Positions 49,363 through 61,539 of a stretch of DNA of 64,000 nt are shown piece after piece. A program made the position numbers and the translations under genes. Source of the DNA: Squalus acanthias. Taxonomy: Eukaryota. Position 1 is the stretch's first letter; the number at the start of each line of letters is the position of its first letter. The stretch lies in NCBI GenBank assembly GCA_030390025.1, contig CM059432.1, positions 73,038,001-73,102,000 on the forward strand, read 5' to 3'. The notes below the pieces were generated by a model, which made no database searches, was not told the DNA's origin, and saw nothing but the letters and a program-made list of their open reading frames with translations.

Positions 49363-52300
49363 GGTGCTGTTGGGGAGGGTTTAAACTAGCTTGGCAGGGG
49401 GATGGGAACCTGAGAGTGGATTCAGAAGGGACAGAAGCAAAGCTGGAAATGGAAGGCAGAAAGTTAGTAAGCGAGTTTGGAAGGCAGAGGAAACAAAGGC
49501 TAGAAAATAAACAACAAGGGAGTTTGGCAGTGCTAAATGGTATATACTTCAATGCAAGGAGTCTAGGGAATAAAGCAGATGAGCTGAGGGCACAGATAGA
49601 CATGTGGGAGTATGATATAGCTATTACTGAGACATGGCTGAAAGAAGGGCAGGAATGGCAGCTCAACATTCCTGGTTACAGAGTTTTCAGACAAGATAGA
49701 GAGGGGGATAAAAAAGGAGGTGGGGGAGGGGTTGCAATATTGATTAAAGAAACAATTACAGCTGTGAGGAGGGATGATATCTTAGAAGGATCATCCAACA
49801 AGGCCATTTGGGTTGAACTGAAAAGCAAGAAAGGGGCAATCACACTGCTGGGAGTGTACTATAGATCCCCAAACAGTCAGGGGGGGCTCGGAGAGCAATT
49901 ATGTAGGCAAATTTCTGCGATGTGCAAAATTAGGGCAGTAATAATAGGAGATTTCAACTTCCCTAATATTAACTGGGATAAAATTAATGTGAAAGGTATA
50001 GAGGGAGCAGAATTCTTCAAATGCATTCAGGAGAACTTTTTTAGCCAGTACGTAGCAAGCCCAACAAGAGAGGGGGTGGTTCTGGACCTAGTTTTAGGTA
50101 ATGAAGCTGGGCAGGTGGAAAGGGTATCAGTGCGAGAGCATATTGGTGGTAGTGATCCTAATTCAGTTAGATTTAGCATAGTTATGGAAAAGGACAAGGA
50201 TAGACCAATTGGGGAAAAGCTAATTTTACTAAGCTGAGATGTGATTTCGCCAAAGTGGGTTGGAGACAGAAACTTGAAGGTAAATCAGTGTCAGAGCAGT
50301 GAGAGGCATTAAGTGAGGGTTCAGAGCAAGTATGTTCCCTTAAAGAAAGAGGGTGGGACTAACAAATCTAGAGCTCCCTGGATGTCAAGGGGCATACAGG
50401 GAAGGATAAAGAAAAAAAGGGAAGCTTATGACAGATACCGAGGGCTCAATACTGCAGAAACCATAGAGGAGTATAGAAAGTGCAGGGGTGAAATTAAAAA
50501 GGAAATTAGGAAAGTAAAGAGAAGGCATGAAAAAATATTGCCAAGTAAAATCAAGGAAAACCCAAAGATGTTTAATAAATACTTTAGTTATCCTCTTGCT
50601 CTTAATGTAAGAGTAGGGCCTATTAGGCACCATAAAGATAACCTGTGTGTGGAGGCGGAAGACATGGGTATGGTTCTTAATGAATATTTTGCGTCTGTTT
50701 TCACAAAAGAGAGGGACGATGCAAAAATTGCAATCAGGGAGGAGGAGTGTGAAATATTAGATGATATAAGTATAGTGAAAGAGGAAGTATTAAGGGGGGA
50801 AAATTTGATTGCTTGGCGCCTCCCGTTAGCTGCCCTAAGAGGTCGTTAATGGGGTGCAAAGCAACTAGCGGCCGGGCGCAACGATGTTTGCGCCGCTCGC
50901 AAAATTGACCAGACATTTTGCGGCGGCGCTAAACACTACCGCCACGATCTCCTGCGCCCGCAGATCGTGATGTCAGTTGAGCGTGCAACGCCCCGGTAGC
51001 GCCCCAGACCAGATATTGAGTGGCGCCCCCTGCCTTTTCACCTGTCGCTAGCAACGACAGGTAGAGGGGAATGTTTTGCAGTCGGGAAGGGACTGGGGGA
51101 GCACTATTTAAAGGTGACCGCTTCCTACCTTTTTTTGTCGGCGACATTTTTGCACCACGCATTCTGAGGGAGAGAGAGAGACTTCTGGAGAGATTCAATG
51201 CTGTGTGAAGGTGTTTTGGGTACTGAGCAGCACTTTGCAGGTTCATTTTGATTTGACCGTCCTTGCATTGATTTAGAAGAGACTGTGGGGGCTGCACTCT
51301 TGAGTTCTTTCCCTGGGCCTCTCCATCGTTCCAGCAGATTTGATGTACAGGTCTTTCCAGGCCGAGATTCAAGGCTGCAATGAGTAGGGTGTGGATGGAG
51401 AGCAAGATCGACCCTCCCCTTTAAGAACTGGTCAGCGCCAGTGTGTCTGTGTTCCATTGCTGACCGACATCACATGAGCTTCGCCAGCGCTCTGAGGTAG
51501 CGCCTCGCTCCTCGGCGTCAGCGCCTTAAGAGAGGTGTGTAGCACCTGATTTAGCGCTCCAATCAAGCGCTCCAATCACCTCCAGGGGCGATAGAAGCCT
51601 AGTTTGCAGTCGGAGGCGATAATTAGCGCCAGGTGCTAAACTTTGCGCCCTGCCGATAATTGCGCCCCAAATGGGATGATACCGAATTTCTCCCCCAAGG
51701 TGTTTAGCATCTTTGAAAATGGATAAATCCCCAGGGCTGGATGAAATGTATCCCAGACTGTTGAGAGAAGTAAGAGAGGAAATAGCAGAGGCTCTGACCA
51801 TCATTTTCCAATCCTCTCTGGCTACAGGTGTGGTGCTGGAGGACTGCTAATGTGGTACCGTTGTTTAAAAAGGGAGAAAGGGATAGACCGAGTCAGCTTA
51901 ACCTCGGTGGTGGGAAAATTATTGGAAAAAATTCTGAGGGACAGGATAAATCTTCATTTAGAAAGACACGGATTAATCAGGAACAGTCAGCATGGATTTG
52001 TTAAGGGAAGGTCGTGTCTGACTAACTTGATTGAACTTTTTGAGGAGGTAACAAGAAGGGTCGATGAGGATAGTCTATATGGATTTTAGCAAGGCCCCGC
52101 ATGGCAGACTGGTCACGAAAATAAAAGCCCATGGATCCAAGACAAAGTGGCAAGTTGGATCCAAAATTGGCTCAGAAGCAAGAAACAAAGGGTAATGGTC
52201 GAAGTGTGTTTTTATGACTGGAAGGCTGTCTCCAGTGGGGTTCCGCAGGGCTCAGTACTGGTTCCTTTGCTTTTTGTGGTATATATCACTGATTTGGACT

Positions 52301-53234
52301 TGAATGTAGGAAGTATGATACGAAGTTTGCAGATGATACAAAAATTAGCCATGTGGTTGATAACGAAGAAGAAAGCTGTAGACTGCAGGAAGATATCAAT
52401 GGACTGGTCAGGTGGGCAGAACAGTGACAAATGGAATTTAATCCGGAGAAGTGTGAAGTAATGCATTTGGGGAGGGCTAACAAGGCAAAGGAATACACAA
52501 TAAATGGTAGGACACTGAAGTGCAGAGGATCAGAGGGACCTTGGAGTGCATGTCCACAGATCCCTGAAGGTAGCAGGACAGGTAGATAAGGTGGTTAAGA
52601 AGGCATACGGGATGCTTTTCTTTATTAGCCGAGGCATAGAATATAAGAGCAGGGAGGTTAATGCTTGAACTGTATGTAGTTAGGCTGCAGCTAGAATACT
52701 GCGTGCAGTTTTGGTCACCACATTACAGGATGGATGTGATTGCACTAGAGAGGGTGCAGAGGAGATGTACAAGGATGTTGCCTGGGCTGGGGAATTTCAG
52801 CTATGAGGAAAGATTGGAGAGGCGGTTGTTTTCTTTGGAACAGAGGAGGCTGAGGGGAGACCTAATTGAGGTGTATAAAATTATGAGGGGCCGAGACAAA
52901 GTGGATAGGAAGGACCTATTTTCCTTAGCAGAGGGGTCGATAACCAGGGGGCATAGATTTAAAGTAATTGGTAGGAGGTTTAGAGGGGATTTGAGGAGAA
53001 TTTTTTTCACCCAGAGGGTGGTAGGGGTCTGGAACTCACTGCGTGAAAGGGTGGTAGAGGCAGAAACACTCATCACATTTAAAAAGTACTTGGATATGCA
53101 CTTAAGTGCCGTAACCTACAAGGATACGGACCAGTGCTGGAAAGTGGGATTAGGCTGGATAGCTTTGTCGTCAGCCGGCACGGAGAAGATGGGCTGAATG
53201 GCCTCCTTCTGTGCTGTAAATTTCTATGATTCTA
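49363..53234 (+). mobile_element. Near full-ORF2 CR1 LINE (end of ORF1, APE endonuclease, RT, tail), decayed, with a MITE insertion
   Basis: NARSLGNKADEL..IAITETWL..GVYYRSPN..IIGDFNFP..LDLVL; QHGFVKGRSCLTNL; GVPQGS; LEYCVQFWSPHY; tail tttctatgattcta. Confidence 0.93.
50795..51696. mobile_element. Non-autonomous Harbinger-type element (family A-related ends)
   Basis: TIR GGGGGAAAATTT / GAATTTCTCCCCC; perfect AAG TSD; removal restores CR1 EEVLRCLASLKMDKSPG. Confidence 0.88.
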
Positions 53235-54160
53235 TACCCTGTCAAGCCCTGTAAAATTTTTGTATGTTTCAATGAGATCACCTCTCATTCTTCTAAACTC
53301 TAGAGAATATAGGCCTAGTCTACTCAACCTTTCCTCATAGGACAATCCCCCCATCCCAGGAATCATTCTGGTGAACCTTCGTTGCACTCCCTCTATGGCA
53401 AGTATATCCTTCCTTAGGTAAGGAGACCAAAACTGTACACAATACTCCAGGTGTGGTCTCACCAAGGTCCTATATAATTGCAGTAAGGCATCTTTACTCT
53501 TATACTCAAATTATCTTGTAATAAAGGCCAACATACCATTTGCTTTCCTAATTGCTTGCTGTACCTGCATGTTAACTTTCTGTGATTTGTGTACAAGGAC
53601 ACCCAGGTCCCTCGGAGCACCAACATTTCCCAATCTCTCACCATTTAAAAAATACTCTGCTTTTCCATTTTTCCTACCAAAGTGGATAACTTCACATTCT
53701 CTGCATTATATTCCACTTGCCATGTTCTTGCCCACTCACTTAGCCTGTCTATATCCCCTTGAAGCCTCTTTGCATCCTCCTCATAACTTGCATTCCCACC
53801 CAGCTTTGTATCATCAGCAAACTTGGATATATTACATTTGGTCCCCTCATCCAAATCATTGATATAGATTGTGAGTAGCTGAGGCCCAAGCACTGATTCT
53901 TGCGGTACCCCACTAGTTACAGCCTGCCAACCCGAAAATGACCCGGTTATTCCTACTCTCTGTTTTCTGTCCGTTAACCAATCCTCAATCCATGCAAGTA
54001 TATTACCCCCAATTCCATGAGCCCTCATTTTGTTTAATAACCTCTTGTGTGGCACCTTATCGAATGCCTTCTGAAAATCCAAATACACCACATCCACTGG
54101 TTCCCCCTTATCTATTCAGCTAGTTACAACCTCAAAAAATTCTAACAGTTTTGTCAAACA

Positions 54161-54524
54161 CGCGGGGGGGCTGCAGAGGAGGCCGGGCACGGCAGAGGGG
54201 GCAAGTGCTGGCAGGCGGCCAGCAACAAAAATGGCCGACCGGCACCTCCTCTTTAATTTGTGCCACCCCGGCCGCAGGTAGGCCCCTTGACCCCGTCGGA
54301 CATAGCGTCCGGCGGTAAGTCAGGGGGCGCTACCGAAGATCGCAGCCGGGGTGCTGTGCACGGCGATGACGCCATCGCCGGCGGCGAAGTGCCGTGGGGC
54401 GCTAATGGTTACCGCTGCCGCTAACCTCCCGCTGAATTTCGCAGGAGGCGTTGGTGGCACCACACCCAGGCGCTAGCTGCTTTGCGCCCCGTTAGCGCCC
54501 TCTTAGTAACCGAATTTTTAGGCC
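54161..54524 (-). mobile_element. Truncated family A MITE
   Basis: Reverse complement matches the first half of the 2840 and 32901 copies; one terminus, CCGAATTTTTAGGCC. Confidence 0.7.
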
Positions 54525-55064
54525 TAAGCACCTAAAGTTACAAGGGGTGTCACTTGGGTGATGTTTCTTTTTTTCCTGACTCTTGCTGGTTTATTATCCT
54601 TTTGTCATGTGTTAAAGATAAATTGTGTCAAACAGTTGATTGTGTGGCCTATGTGTTATGGGAAATGGCAAAAGCGCATTGAGGGCTCAGGGTGACTTGC
54701 TTTTGTAATGCTGATGGTAAAAGTGATAGGAAATAACAGGGTATAGCAGAGATGAAGTGTGACGTTGGACAAGTGTCGCCTGCAATTACAGAGCCATATG
54801 ATAGCCACCTATGGTTGAAGAGTAAGCTTATGCTAATGTGGCATGGCAGATGAGAGGGCATAAATGTTTCCCATCCCCTTGCTAAAGATTTCATTTGAGG
54901 CAACAATCTTGCAAGCGCACAGTTGAAGTGGCCTGAAATTATTCCATTCATGCCACACTGCAGGTGGGTGTCAGCTTTAACAGTCAGAAGGTCAGTAGAT
55001 GTGTAAAATATTATCCCATACCTACAACAGCAAAATTGTTGCATTTGAATGTCAGCCATGTTTC

Positions 55065-55330
55065 AGGGGTGCTTTTAAAGTCGGGAAACAGGAGCCAGAA
55101 GCACGAAAATGGGAAACCACTATGAAAATAGGATTAGCAAGGCAGTTAACAGGCTGTTAACTGCCTTAACTACCAGTCCCACCGGTTGGAAACGGGTCAG
55201 TTTGGGAGTGGCTAAACAGACACTCACGAAAATCGGGTGGTGGCGGGTTGGGTGTCTGAAGACATTTTTCCGATTTGCCCAACAGACCCGCCTCCAAACC
55301 CACCTCCTCAGGGCTATTAAAATTGAGCCC
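55065..55330. mobile_element. Single Harbinger end (GGCGGG-rich subterminal region)
   Basis: Ends TTAAAATTGAGCCC abutting the CR1; similar to the ends at 57050-57250 and 60900-61118. Confidence 0.6.
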
Positions 55331-56404
55331 ATTGTATTTGTTTAATTTTTCTGCCATTTCCTTATTCCCCATTATAATTTCTCCTGTCTCAGCCTGTAAG
55401 GGACCCACATTTACTTTTGCTAATCTTTTCCTTGTTACATACCTATAGAAGCTTTTACAGTCTGTTTTTATGTCTCTTGCTAGTTTACTCTCATATTCTA
55501 TTTTCCCTTTATCAATTTCTTAGTCCTCCTTTGCTGAATTCTAAAATCCTCCCAATCCTCAGGCTTACTACTCTTTTTGGCAACATTATAAGCCTCTGCC
55601 TTTGATCTAATACTATCTTTAACTTCTCTTGTTAGCCACGTTTGGACCACTTTTCCTGTGGGGCTTTTGTGCCTTAAAGGAATGTATATTTGTTGTAAAT
55701 TATGTATTAATTCTTTAAATGCTAGCCATTGCTTCTCTACCATCATACCTTTTAATGTAATTTCCCAATCTACCTTAGCCAACTCGCTCCTCATACCTAG
55801 GTAGTTTACTTTGTTTAGATTTAAGACCCTAGTTTCGGATTTAACTAAATTACTTTCAAACTCAATATAAAATTCTATCATATTATGGTCACTCTTCTGT
55901 AAAGGCCTCTTTACTACAAGGTTATTAATTAACCCTTTCTCATTGCACAATACTAGATCTAAAATAGCCTGTTCCCTAGTTGGTTCTTCAACATACTGAT
56001 CTAGAAAATGATCTTGCATACATTCCATGAATTTGTCATCCACACTATTACTGCAAATTTGGTTTGCCCAGTCTATATGTAGATTAAAGTCCCCCATGAT
56101 TACTGTATTACCCTTGTTACATGCGCCTCTAATTTCCTGATTTATACTCTGCCCTACATTACAACTACTGTTTGGGGGCCTATAAACAACTCCCACCAAT
56201 GTTTTCTGCCCCTTGCTGTTTCTTAGCTCCATCCAAACGGATTCTACTTCTTGATTTTCGGAGCTAAGATCCTTTCTCTCTACTGTCTTTATCCCATCCT
56301 TTATTATCAGGGCTACCCCTCCTCCTTTTCCATTTTGCCTATCTCTTCTAAAAGTTAAGTATCCTGGAATATTTAGTTCCCAACCTTGGCCACTTTGCAA
56401 CCAC

Positions 56405-57250
56405 GGAGGTGATTTTGCCAATGGGGGCGCGTTGGAGGCGGGACTGCTGCTTGTTGGGTTTCAGTCCCGCCTCCATCGATTTGTGGCCAACCCACGCTAT
56501 TTTTCCTTGATTGACCTTGTTAAGACCGCCCAGCGGGCTTAGCAGGCCAATTAAGGGAAAGCCGGTTGCAGAGAACATCAACGTATGACGTTTCATCTGT
56601 CAAAAATTTTTGACAGATGAATTGTCATCGTTTGACAGCTCTGTGAAGCTGTCAAACAGTGACATTCTCTGTAGTTTGATGAGGTCTTGAATTCAAGACC
56701 TCATCAAACCTCTTTCTTTTGCAGAAATTAGATTGTTGTTGCATTGGAGAATGCAACGGCCATCTGTTATCTCTACTGCGGAGGTGCGAGACTCTCCGCA
56801 TACCCACCGATTGAAGCCTGCAGGAAGAATCAAAGGTAAGTACACTTTTTCTAACACTTTGCACTTACCTCAGATACTCACATCTCCACACTTGCACCCA
56901 TCACTTACCTCCACAACACATTTTTGGACCCCTCCGACCCCCGCAGACCCACTACTCACCTCGGTGACCCTGGCGGGGTTCGTAGCCTTCGGGAAGCCCG
57001 CACTTGTGTGGGCAAAATGGGGATAATCCTCTTATCTGCCTGTTAACTACCTGTTAACAGGCAGTTAAGTGGCTGTAATCCCTTCCCGCCTCCAAGGAGA
57101 CGGGACCTGGCGCGGGACGGCTACCCGTCTCCTGGCAAGATGGCACGGAGGCGGGTGAGGGGCGGGTTGGGCACCCGCCCCTAATTTCTGCTATTTTCCC
57201 AGCAGTCCCGCCTCCATACCCGCCTCCCCAGGGCTGGCAAGATCGCACCC
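56405..57250. mobile_element. Non-autonomous Harbinger element
   Basis: TIR GGAGGTGATTTTGCCA / TGGCAAGATCGCACCC; perfect CAC TSD; removal restores CR1 ETWLQS. Confidence 0.88.
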
Positions 57251-58315
57251 CACGTCTCCATTATGGCTATTAGATCAAACCTATTAATTTCTATCTGCGC
57301 TATTAATTCATCTAGTTTGTTGCGAATGCTTTGCACATTCAGATATAGTGCCTTTAGCTTTGACTTATTTCTATTTTTTCCTGATGTCACCTTAGTCTCT
57401 GATGCCTTATTACCTTTGTTACTCTCTCTGTCCCTTCCTGACCCACTCTGCTTACTTTTACCCAAATCTCTACTCAGCTTTGCTCTAGAGACTTGACATT
57501 TCTCTCGCTGCTTTTAAATTTACTCTTTCCTGAATCCTCCCACCCCCCTTCATTAGTTTAAAGCCCTGTCTACTGCCCTAGTTATTCGGTTCACCAGGAC
57601 ACTGGTCCCAGCCTGGTTTAAGTGGAGCCTGTCCCAACGGAACAGCTCCCTCTTTTCCCAGTACTGGTGCCAATGCCCCATGAACTGAAACCCCTTCCTC
57701 CCACACCACTCTTTGAGCCATGCATTTAAACCTCTAATCTGTCCGTATGCCAATTTGCGCGTGGCTCAGGTAACAATCCAGAGATGATTACCTTTGAGGT
57801 TCTGCTATTTAATTTGGATCCTAGCTCCTCAAACTCCCTCAGTAGAACCTCATTCCTAGTTCTACCTATGTCGTCAGTTCCTACGTGGACCATGAAAACT
57901 GAATCTTCCTCCTCCCACTCCAAGTTCTTCTCCAGCTGCGAGGAGAAGTCTTTAACCCTGGCACCGGGCAGGCAACAGAACCTTCGGAAATCTCGGTCGC
58001 GGCTGCAGAGAACAGTACCTATCCCCCTGACTATAATGGTCCCTACCACAACCAAATTCCCTTTCATCCCCCCACTTGAATGGCCTCCTGCACCATGGTC
58101 AGCTTGCTCATCCATCCTGCAGGCTTTTCCCTCATCCACACAGACAGCAAGAACCTCATACCTGTTGGACAAGGGCAAAGGCTGAGGCTCCTCCAGCACT
58201 GCACCTGGGCTCCCCTTACCTGCCTGAGTTGCAATCACACCCACCTGTCCCTGACCACTAACCAGACCTGTACCACTACCTAACCTAAGGGGGTTTGACT
58301 GCCTCCTGGATCAAA

Positions 58316-58698
58316 GAGTGGGAATTCGGAGAAGAGGGGGAAGGAGTTGTTGCTTTTTGCCTACACTACTTGTAGTGCTTTGTGTTACAGGTAGATATTT
58401 AATTTCAGTACCCTTAACTTAATCTAGATCAAGTAAGTAGTCGAGAAACTACACTGTAAACTAAGTTACCTAAATACAAATTTAATTAAATAAAACAAGG
58501 TCATATAGGGATGGCAGTGCAGGTGGTGTGCCGCAACTGCAGCATGTGGGAGTTTGTGGAGAGCATTGAGATCCTGGACAACTACGTTTGCAGTAAGTGC
58601 CTACATCTTGAGGAACTTAAGCTCAGAGTTTTTGAGCCAGAGTCTGAGGTGCAGACATTGCAGGACATCAGAGATGGGAAGAGTTACCTGGACACTAT
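58316..58698 (+). mobile_element. CR1 5'UTR part and ORF1 zinc-finger start, inverted relative to the adjacent CR1
   Basis: MAVQVVCRNCSMW..YVCSKCLHLEELKLRV..GKSYLDT (CxxC..CxxC plus coiled coil). The expected continuation LIQEAVKPLR lies on the minus strand from ~58314. Confidence 0.8.
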
Positions 58699-58971
58699 GG
58701 GCGCGGTTTTCCCATTGGAGGCGGGTTTCGGTTTGGGTGGGTTCCAAACCCGCCTCTACTGTCAGGTGGGAAAAATTTGCGATTTTCCCCTAATTGGCCA
58801 GGTACTTTCAGAGGTGTAGGTTCCCCTGGGCCAATTAGTCTTTTGGGACTGAAACTCGCCTCTGCTGACGCCATTTATCTAGCTTCATTTAAGGGCTGCT
58901 TGCTGCCTTGGCTCATTCCACTGGTTTTTGGTCGATGGTGCACCACCTCCAAACTTTTATCTCCTTGAAGA

Positions 58972-59211
58972 ATGGCCAGCTCCAAGGCAAGGGCCTCCCA
59001 GAGGTTCTTGGATGAGGCATTGGGTATGCTAGTTGAGGGGGCGAGAGCTAGCAGGGAGGTGCTCTTCCCCTCATCTGGGAGAAAGAGACCTCCCAAAGAA
59101 ACCAAGGCTGTGTGGGTCCAGCTGGCAAGGGATATAACCTCCAGATCAGTGTGCAGCAGAACATGGCTGCAGTGCTGTAAAAGTTTCAATGACCTTGTAA
59201 GATCAGGCAAA
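58972..59211 (+). pseudogene. Myb/SANT exon 1 of element E (240 bp, open); exons 2-3 deleted
   Basis: MASSKARASQRFLDEALGMLVEG..VWVQLARDITS..RTWLQCCKSFNDLVRSGK then GTGAGT; the transposase stop is only ~185 bp downstream. Confidence 0.85.
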
Positions 59212-59395
59212 GTGAGTATACCTTCAGCTTGACCCTCCTTCTGCTCATCACCAGCACTCTGCATTGTCAAGCTCCTCCTCCACATCCCACTTTACCCTTA
59301 CAACTCTTGCACCCTTCACCATCCCTCTCACTCTATGAACCCAATCACTTCACTATTCGACTATCATGTGTTAAGAAGGTGCCACAATGGGCAAC

Positions 59396-60602
59396 CTATG
59401 CAAATATGGCCAGGATGAGTGCATCCCTTGCATCACGGGCAGCCATGTGCTCGCGTGCTGCCGCTGCTGCTGGTCGATACGCCGCCGCTCAGTCCTCCTC
59501 CTCCTCCTCATCTGAGGAGGCTATGAACTGAGCCATTTGCTCATCAGGAAGCTGCAAGCCACGACGCTGTGCCATGTTGTGCAGTGCACAGCAGACCATG
59601 ACCATTCTGGAGACCCTGGCTGCTGAATACTGCAGGGCTCCACCTGATCTGTCAAGGCATCGGAATCGCATCTTCAGCAAGCCAATGGTTTGCTCGATGA
59701 TGGACCTGGTCGAAGTGTGGTTGGCGTTGTAGCGCTCTTCAGCCTCATTAGCTGGCCTCCTGATCAGCCTCATTAGCCACTTCTTCAGGGGGTAGCCCTT
59801 GTCACCAAGGAGCCATCCGTTAAGTTCGTTTGGCGGATAGAAGAGCGGAGGAACACTAGAGTTCCACAGGATGAACGAGTCATGGCAATTACCACAGAAC
59901 TTGGCGCAAACATGCAAAATCTCCTTCTTGTGGTTACACACCAGCTGTACGTTGAGGGAGTAGAAGCCCTTGCGGTTGACAAAGGTAGCTGGGTTGTGAT
60001 GGGGTGCCCTAAGGGCCACATGTGTGCAGTCTATGACGCCCTGCACCATTGGCAAGCCTGCCATATTTGCAAAGCCAACTGAACGCGCGGTTACACTTGC
60101 TTGACCCCTTGAGAAGTGGATGTAATTGTGCGCCTTTGCGAAAAGGGCATTGGTAAGCTGCGTGATGCAACTGTGGGTGGCCGACTGGGAGATGCCACTG
60201 ATGATCCCTGGAAGGAGCCTGAAGCAAAAAATTTGAGTGCGGTGATGATTTTGACAGCCACTGGTAAGGGGTGTCCACCCGCTCCTCTGGGCTCCAGGTG
60301 TTGGTGCAGCAGTGCGCAGATGTCTCCGACAACCTCTCGCAAAAGTCTCAGCTTCCTTTGCACTGCAGCTCAGTCATGTTGAGTTAGCTCATCCTCTGTC
60401 TCTAAACCCTAAGAGGGGGGTATCTCCTGTGGTGACGTGCTTCCATGCGCTGGCGCCTTCTGCCCTGTGCAGCATCAGGTGGGTGAGCAGGAGGTTGGCG
60501 CTCCTGCTGCTGTTGCTGCTGAGCTGCCTGGTTCTGCTGCTGCTGTGGCTGCTCCTCATCCGAATCTGAGGTCCATGGTGAAAGGAAATAAATGGTTCCC
60601 AT
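59396..60602 (-). pseudogene. Harbinger DDE transposase (HARBI1-like family) with polyQ N-terminus
   Basis: Candidate catalytic motifs IDCTHV, GDKGYP and [15 protein letters not shown] lie in the open 59489-60064 frame; stops and frameshifts in the 5' part and one stop near the C-terminus. Confidence 0.92.
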
Positions 60603-61539
60603 GCTGCTGGCAGATTCCTCCGTTGGGGAAGTGCTCAGTCCAAGCGGGGAGAGGGTCTTCCAAGGAGGTCCCACAGTTGAGAGATAGAAGCTGCAGCACC
60701 TCCAACTTCGGTAGGCCTGCTAAAAGTGCTGAAAGACCTGTGGAACAAAAGTTCTGCCAACTGCAACTGCTCCCTGATGAAAGCTCCGTTTTAATGGTGG
60801 AGCTGCAGCTGTGAGGAGGCCACCCACTTGTCAACCCGCCAGGATTAGCTGGCGTGGTTTAGGAGGGTCGTGCAACATGCACAAAATGTGACAAAACAAC
60901 AAAGGCCTGTCAAAATAGGATTATAGAGGCCCTTAACGACTATTTAAGGGTCTTAACTACCTTTCTCGACTGATGGAGGCAGGACCGAATCGCACCCATG
61001 AAACCTGCCTCTGGCAAAATTGCGCGGAGGCGGGTTCTGAACCCGCCCTCACTTTTTGCGATTTTGCCAACTGTCCCGCCTCCAAAGCCGCCTCCTCGGG
61101 GCTGGGAAAATCTCCCCCAAACACTTACAGCTGACTGACAGTTAACTGCCACTGGCAGGCAGCTTCTACTTACCCAACACTTAGCAGAAATTCCCACTCT
61201 TTCAAAATTCCCAAATAAAACACTCTGTTCAAGTCCAATCTGTTTAATCCCGCTCTGTCTTGTCCACATCACAGGCATGCAGAACTGTATACTTGTTAAA
61301 TAATTTCAGACCTCACAGGGAATCCCTAAACTTGCTCATCCTGGATTGATGGTAACCTGTCATCGGTTTCACTTTTTCTTTTCACCTGAGGAGTGATCAT
61401 CTTCTGGAATGCACATTACATTACAGAATTTCTGTGGTTGTTGCTCACACCCATCTGTTTTGAGCACAAGAAAATCCAGCTAGAGACGTTTCTTGAATTT
61501 GTGGTTGTCTTGAATATTCTTAGCTTTCGGGAGCGGCTA

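Larger units (their letters stand above)
53235..58315 (-). mobile_element. CR1 LINE (ORF1 esterase, ORF2 endonuclease, RT), rearranged and lacking its 3' tail
   Basis: ORF1 PLSNRYEVL..CCLPGARVKD..HVGTDD..LHLNQAG; EN domain 55498-57370; RT 53235-54160 (LDFQKAFDKV, FADD). The segment between NKY and CLT is replaced by 54161-55330. Confidence 0.9.
58699..61118. mobile_element. PIF/Harbinger element E: full-length transposase pseudogene, Myb gene truncated after exon 1
   Basis: TIR GGGCGCGGTTTTCCCA / TGGGAAAATCTCCCCC; flanks TAT and AAA do not form a TSD. Confidence 0.88.

Noticed and set aside
59396..60602. Domesticated HARBI1 host gene (also 19053-20232)
   Set aside because: Lies inside TIR-bounded elements with a convergent Myb partner and carries stops and frameshifts.
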